From Octopus sinensis (lineage: Eukaryota): a stretch of 29,022 nt of DNA. Of this stretch, positions 22,117 to 29,022 are shown in pieces. The stretch lies in assembly GCF_006345805.1 (NCBI RefSeq), contig NW_021833218.1, positions 1 to 29,022 on the forward strand, given 5' to 3'. How positions within the stretch are numbered: the stretch's first letter is position 1; the number at the start of each line of letters is the position of its first letter. Position numbers and translations under genes: made by a program. Under the pieces are notes generated by a model that was not told the DNA's origin, made no database searches, and worked only from the letters and a program-made list of their open reading frames with translations.

Positions 22117-22690
22117 GATTGATTGATTGATTGATTCTAGTTTCAGCTCATGAGCTGTGGCCATGCTGGGGCACCGCCATTTGGTGTTGCTACATGGTTT
22201 TACTTCACGAATGCATTTTAGCAACTGCCATTTGGTGCATGAGAGCGTTCGATGCAGCTGCCCTCATCTGCACCTCCTGCCGTGAAGTTGGTTCATCTGG
22301 GACACCTGACAAGAAGAGATCCAGTTTCATTTTAAAGACATCTGCATCCACCCCATGCAGGTCTCTCAGGTTCTTCGGGAGGATATTGAAGAGCTGTGGG
22401 CCTCGGAAGCCCAGGCTATCACAGTATCTTGTCCTACAACTTGATGGCAAATTTGGAGTCCTTGGCACCACGCAGTGGCGCCCAGTTCTGGCATTTGTGT
22501 AACTCTCGATACCAAAGTTTGGGACAAGTCCCTCCAGGATCTTCCAAATGTATATTATGGCATATCTTTCTCGCCTACGCTCCAAGGAAAAGAGTTTTAA
22601 TCTCTTGAGTCTTTCCCAGTAGCATATATGCAGCACAGAGGCTATCTTCTTCGTGTAGCTACGTTGGATTGCCTCAAGTTCTGTGATCAA
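22117..22690 (-). pseudogene. CR1/L2-group LINE 3' fragment with an intact 3' end and (AATC)n tail
   Basis: ORF 22205-22690 reads ELEAIQRSYTKK...LFSLERRRERYAIIYIWKILEGLVPNFG...VPDEPT; tail at 22117-22136. Confidence 0.88.
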
Positions 22691-22900
22691 GAAAATGTTA
22701 CAGATAGTTTCCAGTAGGAATTATTAAACAGTTCAGTGGAATATATTGGTATTGTATCTGTATATGTAGACACACACTGAATATTATAAATTCAACAGAG
22801 TTTACATCATAGTAGTCAGCTGTGTTATAGTTTATACGATTGTGTGTGTGTATGTGTGTGTATACATATGTGTGTACGTATTTATGTATAAGAACTTTTT

Positions 22901-23332
22901 TACTCTTTTACTTGTTTCAGTCATTTGACTGCGGCCATGCTGGAGCATCGCCTTTAAACGAGCAACTCGACCCCGAGACTTATTCTTTTGTAAGCCCAGT
23001 ACTTATTCGATCAGTCTCTTTTGCCGAACCGCTAAGTGACAAGGACGTAAACACACCAGCATCGGTTGTCAAGCAATGCTAGGGGGACAACCACAGACAC
23101 CCAAACATACATGCACATACATATATATACATATATACGACGGGCTTCTTTCAGTTTCCGTCTACCAAATCCACTCACAAGGCTTTTGTCGGCCCGAGGT
23201 TATAGCAGAAGACACTTGCCCAAGGTACCACACAGTGGGACTGAACCTGGAACCATGTGATTGGTAAGCAAGCTACTTACCACACGGCCACTTCTACGCC
23301 TATATATATATATAATAATTATATATATTATA

Positions 23333-23408
<76 letters not shown>

Positions 23409-23479
23409 TATATATTATATACATATATATATATAATATATACACATACCTATATATAATATACATACCTATATATATA

Positions 23480-23510
<31 letters not shown>

Positions 23511-23685
23511 TATATCTATATATGACTGGCTTCTTTCAGTTTCCGTCTACCAAAACAACTCACAAGGCTTTGGTCGGCCCGAGGCTATAGCAGAAGACAC
23601 TTGCCCAAGGTGCCACACAGTGGGACTGAACCCGGAACCATGTGGTTGGTAAGCAAGCTACGTACCACACAGCCACTCCTACGCC
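22901..23685 (-). mobile_element. SINE-A full-length copy (22901-23300) and a head (23522-23685) separated by (TA)n
   Basis: Consensus match. Confidence 0.85.
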
Positions 23686-23934
23686 TATATATATATGTAG
23701 TCAGCTGTGTTATACTTTATATGTTTGTGTGTGTGTGTATATAAGCATTTGTTCATTTATACATCATACAATAACAATCCATCTCACATCAAACAGGCAG
23801 AATCTCTTTGTTGCTAACATAGATTGCTAACAACACCCTGCACTTCTTTCTAGGCAATTAAAAAAGGAATTTCTTTGCTTTTTTCGAGAAATTCGATGAC
23901 TTCAAATATAACAACAACAACAACAATAATTATA

Positions 23935-24152
23935 ACTCTTTTACTTGTTTCAGTCATTTGACTGCGGCCATGCTGGAGCACCGCCTTTCATCGAATAACT
24001 CGACCCGGGACTTATTCTTTGTAAGCCCAGTACTTATTCTATCGGTCTCTTTTGCCGAACCGCTAAGTGACGGGGACACAAACACACCAGCATCGGTTGT
24101 CAAGCAATGCTAGGGGGACAAACACAGACACACAAACACACACACACACACA

Positions 24153-24193
<41 letters not shown>

Positions 24194-24528
24194 GAAGGGC
24201 TTCTTTCAGTTTCCGTCTACCAAATCCACTCACAAGGCTTTGGTCGGCCTGAGGCTATAGTAGAAGACACTTGCCCAAGATGCCACGCAGTGATACGGAA
24301 CCCGGAACCATGTGGTTGGTAAACAAGCTACTTACCACACAGCCACTCCTACACCTATATATATAAAATGGGCTTCTTTCAGTTTCCGTCTACCAAATCC
24401 ACTCACAAGGCTTTGGTCGGCCTGAGGCTATAGTAGAAGACACTTGCCCAAGGTGCTACGCAGTGGGACGGAACACGGAACCATGTGGTTGGTAAACAAG
24501 CTACTTACCACACAGCCACTCCTGCGCC
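23935..24528 (-). mobile_element. SINE-A full-length copy (23935-24355) and a head (24368-24528)
   Basis: Consensus match. Confidence 0.85.
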
Positions 24529-24765
24529 TATATAATAAAGTGTTTACCAAATTTCTGATATATTTTTTAGATCGGTTTCTATTATTTGACTTTGATGTTT
24601 GAAGTTTGAAAATGAAGTGTTTATTAATAAATGCTGTTTTAGTTGAATCTAATACTACAAAAATAAACAGCTCTTAACTTAATGGCTGAAGCAATAAATA
24701 TACAGATAGAGGCCCCATAATTGCAATTTTTTAGTTTCATCAAATTTTGATCATGTTCTTTTAAC

Positions 24766-24802
<37 letters not shown>

Positions 24803-24862
24803 TATTTCAAGTTGTTTGTGTGTGTGAGTGTATGGTGTGTTTACATACATACATATATACAT

Positions 24863-25251
24863 GTGGAGGCGCAATGACCCAGTGGTTAGGGCAGCGGACT
24901 CGCGGTCGTAGGATCGCGGTTTCGATTCCCAGACCGGGCGTTGTGAGTGTTTATTGAGCGAAAACACCTACAGCTCCATGAGGCTCCGGCAGGGGATGGT
25001 GGTGATCACTGCTGTACTCTTTCACCATAACTTTCTCTCACTCTTTCTTCCTGTTTCTGTTGTACCTGTATTTCAGGGGCCGGCCTTGTCACTCTCTGTC
25101 TCACGCTGAATATCCCCGAGAACTACGTTAAGGGTACATGTGTTTGTGGAGTGCTCAGCCACTTACACGTTAATTTCAGGAGCAGGCTATTCCGTTGATC
25201 GGATCAACCGGAACCCTCATCGTCGTAACCGATGGAGTGCTTCCATCCATC

Positions 25252-25252
<1 letters not shown>
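24863..25252 (+). mobile_element. SINE family C monomer with a (TCCA)n tail
   Basis: Single body, ending GGAGTGCTTCCATCCATCCA. Confidence 0.88.
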
Positions 25253-25285
<33 letters not shown>

Positions 25286-25384
25286 AAGTTAATCAAAACA
25301 AGAAAACAAAAAGACAACAACGCAAGGATGTGGAACAAATAAAGTATTATTGGACGCTCAGGAAAGAAGGGAAGAAGGAGGAGG

Positions 25385-25419
25385 GTTTTACGTTTCGAGC
25401 GAAGCTCTTCGTCGGAAAC
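25385..25419 (-). ncRNA. Minimal, dimer-type hammerhead-like motif (HHR3)
   Basis: GUUU-CCGACGA-A-GAGC(UUC)GCUC-GAAAC-GUA|AAAC. Helix I has 4 bp, helix II has 4 bp, and helix III is the palindrome ACGU. U4 is replaced by C. Confidence 0.55.
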
Positions 25420-25670
25420 ATAGGAGAATGAAAGATCTCGAGACGGGAGGATAGAGGAAAAAAAATTGCCGGTGGTATTCACGAGGTCACATACTAAAAG
25501 ACGGAAGTGGTAAAAATGGAGGAAAATGTTTTTAAAAACAAGAGAGCTATTTCAAAGAAGGAATGGTAAAAAAAGGTATATATTATATAATATATATATA
25601 TATATTATATATATGAGAAATAAAAAAGGAAAATATGCACACTTACATGGTTATAATATAATTTTGAATG

Positions 25671-25703
25671 TATCGACCGGTTTCGCAATCGCTATTCATG
25701 ATA
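25671..25703 (-). ncRNA. Hammerhead-like motif with an A3-U8 compensatory core (HHR4)
   Basis: UAUC-AUGAAUA-GC(GAUU)GC-GAAA-CCGG-UC|GAUA. Helix I has 4 bp, helix III is the palindrome ACCGGU, and the site is GUC. Confidence 0.5.
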
Positions 25704-25769
25704 TAATGTTTAATTTATATGAAAGTATATTTTTTCTTAAGAAGAAATTGGTCCGTGTGTTTGACCAGT

Positions 25770-25791
25770 ATATATATATATATATATATTA

Positions 25792-25835
<44 letters not shown>

Positions 25836-25943
25836 TATATATATATATATATGTATATATATTATATTATATATTAATATATATATATGTATATGATATA
25901 TTTATATACATATTATCTATATATATATATATATATATACATA

Positions 25944-26005
<62 letters not shown>

Positions 26006-26008
26006 ATA

Positions 26009-26068
<60 letters not shown>

Positions 26069-26082
26069 TACATATATATCTA

Positions 26083-26145
<63 letters not shown>
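25770..26145. repeat. (TA)n microsatellite
   Basis: Read directly. Confidence 0.95.
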
Positions 26146-26147
<2 letters not shown>

Positions 26148-26438
26148 AATGTAAAAAAATACAAACTGGAACAAGAACGTGAAACATTTAGAAGATGATA
26201 AAAAAAACACAGACGGGACATATATATATAGTCAGCTGTGTTATAGTCTGTACGTACGTGTGTGAGTGTGTATACATGTGTGTATGTATTTGTGTATAAA
26301 CAGAAAGAGGCCCCGTAATTGCAAATTTTATTTTCATCAAATTTTGATCATGTTCTTTTAACATATATATATATATTTTGTACTTCAAGTTGTTTAAGTG
26401 TGTGAGTGTATGGTGTGTATACATACATACATATATAC

Positions 26439-26471
<33 letters not shown>

Positions 26472-26482
26472 GACGTTCCCTG

Positions 26483-26620
26483 TCAATTAGTGGTTCGGCA
26501 AAAGAGGCCGATAGAATAAGTACTGGGCTTACAAAAGAATAAGTCCCGGGGTCGAGTTGCATGACTAAGGCGTGCTCCAGCTTGGCCGCAGTCAAATGAC
26601 TGAAACAAGTAAAAGAGTAT
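26483..26620 (+). mobile_element. SINE-A tail fragment
   Basis: GGTTCGGCAAAAGAG...CAGTCAAATGACTGAAACAAGTAAAAGAG. Confidence 0.8.
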
Positions 26621-26624
26621 GTAT

Positions 26625-26625
26625 A

Positions 26626-26701
<76 letters not shown>

Positions 26702-26730
26702 CATATATATTATATATAATATATATATAT

Positions 26731-26763
<33 letters not shown>

Positions 26764-26767
26764 GTGT

Positions 26768-26801
<34 letters not shown>

Positions 26802-26831
26802 GTATATTATATATATATATATGTTATATAT

Positions 26832-26894
<63 letters not shown>
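26625..26894. repeat. (TA)n microsatellite
   Basis: Read directly. Confidence 0.95.
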
Positions 26895-26898
<4 letters not shown>

Positions 26899-26957
26899 CC
26901 TTGTGAGTGGATTTGGTAGAGGGAAACTAAAAGAAGCTTGTCCGTATATTTATATAT

Positions 26958-26988
<31 letters not shown>

Positions 26989-27224
26989 TTGTGTGTGTGT
27001 GTTTGTGTGTCTGTGTTTGTCACCCCAGACCGATATAATAAATACTAGGCTTCCAAAGAATAAGTCCTGGGGGCGATTTGCTCGACTAAAGGCGGTGCTC
27101 CAGCATGGCCAGAGTCAAATGACTGAAACAAGTAAAAGAGTAAAAGAGTATATATATATATATATATAAAGCCTTGTGTGTGGATTTGGTAGACGGACAC
27201 TGGAAGAAGCCCGTCGTATATATG

Positions 27225-27300
<76 letters not shown>

Positions 27301-27618
27301 TGTGTTTGTGTGTCTGTTTCTGTCCCCCTATCATTGCTTGACAACCGATGCTGGTGTGTTTACGTCCCCGTCACTTAGCGGTTCGTAAAAGAGACTGATA
27401 GAATAAGTACTGGGCTTCCAAACAACAAGTCTCCGGGTCGAGTTGCTCGACTAAAGGCGGTGCTCCAGCATGGCCACAGTCAAATGACTGAAACAAATAA
27501 GGGTATGTATATATATATATATATATATATAGATATATATATATACGTATATACATATATATATATACATACATACATACTATATATATATATATCTATA
27601 TATATATATACATATATA

Positions 27619-27665
<47 letters not shown>

Positions 27666-28317
27666 TTATATAAAGCCTTGTGATTGGTTTTTGTAGATGG
27701 AAACTGAAAGAAGCCTGTCGTATATATATATATATTTCTGTGTGTTTGTGTGTCTGTGTTGTCCCCAGTAACATCACTGTGTTTACATCCTCGTAACTTA
27801 GCGCTTCGGCAAAAGAGACTGATAGAATAAGTACTGGGCTTACAAAGAATGAGTCCCGGGGTCGATTTGCTCGACTACAGGCGGTGCTCCAGCATGGCCG
27901 CAGTCAAATGACTGAAACAAGTAAAAGAGTAAAAGAGTATATATATATATATATAAAGCCTTGTGAGTGGATTTGGTAGACGGAAACTGAAAGAAGCCTG
28001 TCGCATATATATACCTATATATATATATGTGTGTGTGTTTGTGTGTCTGCGTTTGTCCCCCCCCCCAGCATTGCTTGACAACCGATGCTGGTGTGTTTAC
28101 GTCCCCGTAACATAGCGGTTCAGCAAAACAGACCGATATAATAAATACTAGGCTTCCAAAGAATAAGTCCTGGGGTCGATTTGCTCGACTAAAGGCGGTG
28201 CTCCAGCATGGCCGCAATCAAATAACTGAAACAAGTAAAAGAGTAAAAGAGTATAATATATATAAAGCCTTGTGAGTGGATTTGGTAGACGGAAACTAAA
28301 AGAAGCCCGTCGTATAC

Positions 28318-28379
<62 letters not shown>

Positions 28380-28390
28380 ATATATATATA

Positions 28391-28427
<37 letters not shown>

Positions 28428-28650
28428 CGTGTGTGTGTGTTGTGTGTCTGTGCTTGTCCCCCTAGCATTGCTTGACAACCGATGCCGGTGTGTTTACATC
28501 CTCGTCACTTAGCGGTTCGGCCAAAGGAGACCGATAGAATAAGTACCGGGCCTCCAAAGAATAAGTCCCGGGGTCGATTTGCTCGACTAAAAAGCGGTGC
28601 TCTAGCATGGCCACAGTCAAATGACTGAAACAAGTAAAAGAGTAAATGAG
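26895..28650 (+). repeat. Tandem array of five 5'-truncated SINE-A units
   Basis: Units start at AAAGCCTTGTG after (TA)n at 26895, 27168, 27672, 27955 and 28264. Confidence 0.88.
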
Positions 28651-28668
28651 TATATATATATATATATA

Positions 28669-28908
28669 GGCGCCGGAGTGGCTGTGTGCTAAGTAGCTTG
28701 CTAACCAACCACATGCCTCCGGGTTCAGTCCCACTGCGTGGCGTCTTGGGTGAGTGTCTTCTGCTATAGCCCCGGGCTGACCAATGCCTTGTGAGTGGAT
28801 TTAGTAGACGGAAACTGAAAGAAGCCTGTCGTATATATGTATATATATATGTGTGTGGGTATATATGTTTGTGTGTCTGTGTTTGTCCCCCTAGCATTGC
28901 TTGACAAG
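28669..28908 (+). mobile_element. SINE-A with a truncated tail
   Basis: Consensus match. Confidence 0.8.
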
Positions 28909-28964
28909 AGTATATCCATGTATATATGTATGTGTGTGTATATGTTTTTACACTCTTTTCCTAG

Positions 28965-29022
28965 GAAATTTTCTTAAAGAAGTTCGTTGTGAACTTAGTT
29001 TTGATCTGGTTGGCATCCTAAC
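28965..29022 (+). CDS. Candidate internal exon of an unidentified host gene (runs off the window end)
   Basis: Acceptor TTTTTACACTCTTTTCCTAG|G. One frame stays open to the window end: (G)NFLKEVRCELSFDLVGIL. The sequence is non-repetitive, but no homologue is recognised. Confidence 0.35.

Noticed and set aside
23853-23935. Possible exon after a CTAAC branch point and TTCTTTCTAG acceptor (QLKKEFLCFFEKFDDFKY)
   Set aside because: No donor site occurs before it runs into (AAC)n and a SINE, and I recognise no homologue.
21057-28897. Many IYIY/THTH-rich ORFs and recurrent ORFs such as MVGKQATYH, MPRSGTEPG and MSSNARG
   Set aside because: They are translations of (TA)n/(CA)n tracts and SINE consensus sequence, with no codon or domain evidence.

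Overview
AT-rich, repeat-saturated eukaryotic non-coding DNA, most likely an octopus (cephalopod) intron or intergenic region. This assignment is inferred from my recall of the SINE families, not from a search. No intact protein-coding gene is visible. The long ORFs are microsatellite artefacts or decayed CR1/L2-group LINE reverse-transcriptase C-termini. One candidate host-gene exon starts at 28965. The window contains dozens of copies of a tRNA-derived SINE with an internal (TA)n(TG)n spacer, often in tandem or inverted arrays, and a second SINE present as monomer, dimer and trimer. It also has a piggyBac-like MITE array, a Helitron-like concatemer, a 27-copy ~123-bp satellite born inside a LINE 3' end, and a 1-kb (TATC)n tract. 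The most notable result is four type I hammerhead ribozyme motifs of the Penelope-like-element kind. Two sit inside long near-perfect palindromes (2378-2712 and 21736-21876), one is a dimer-type minimal motif, and one has a compensatory A3-U8 swap in the catalytic core. The main SINE and the LINE share a 3' hairpin with three covarying base pairs.
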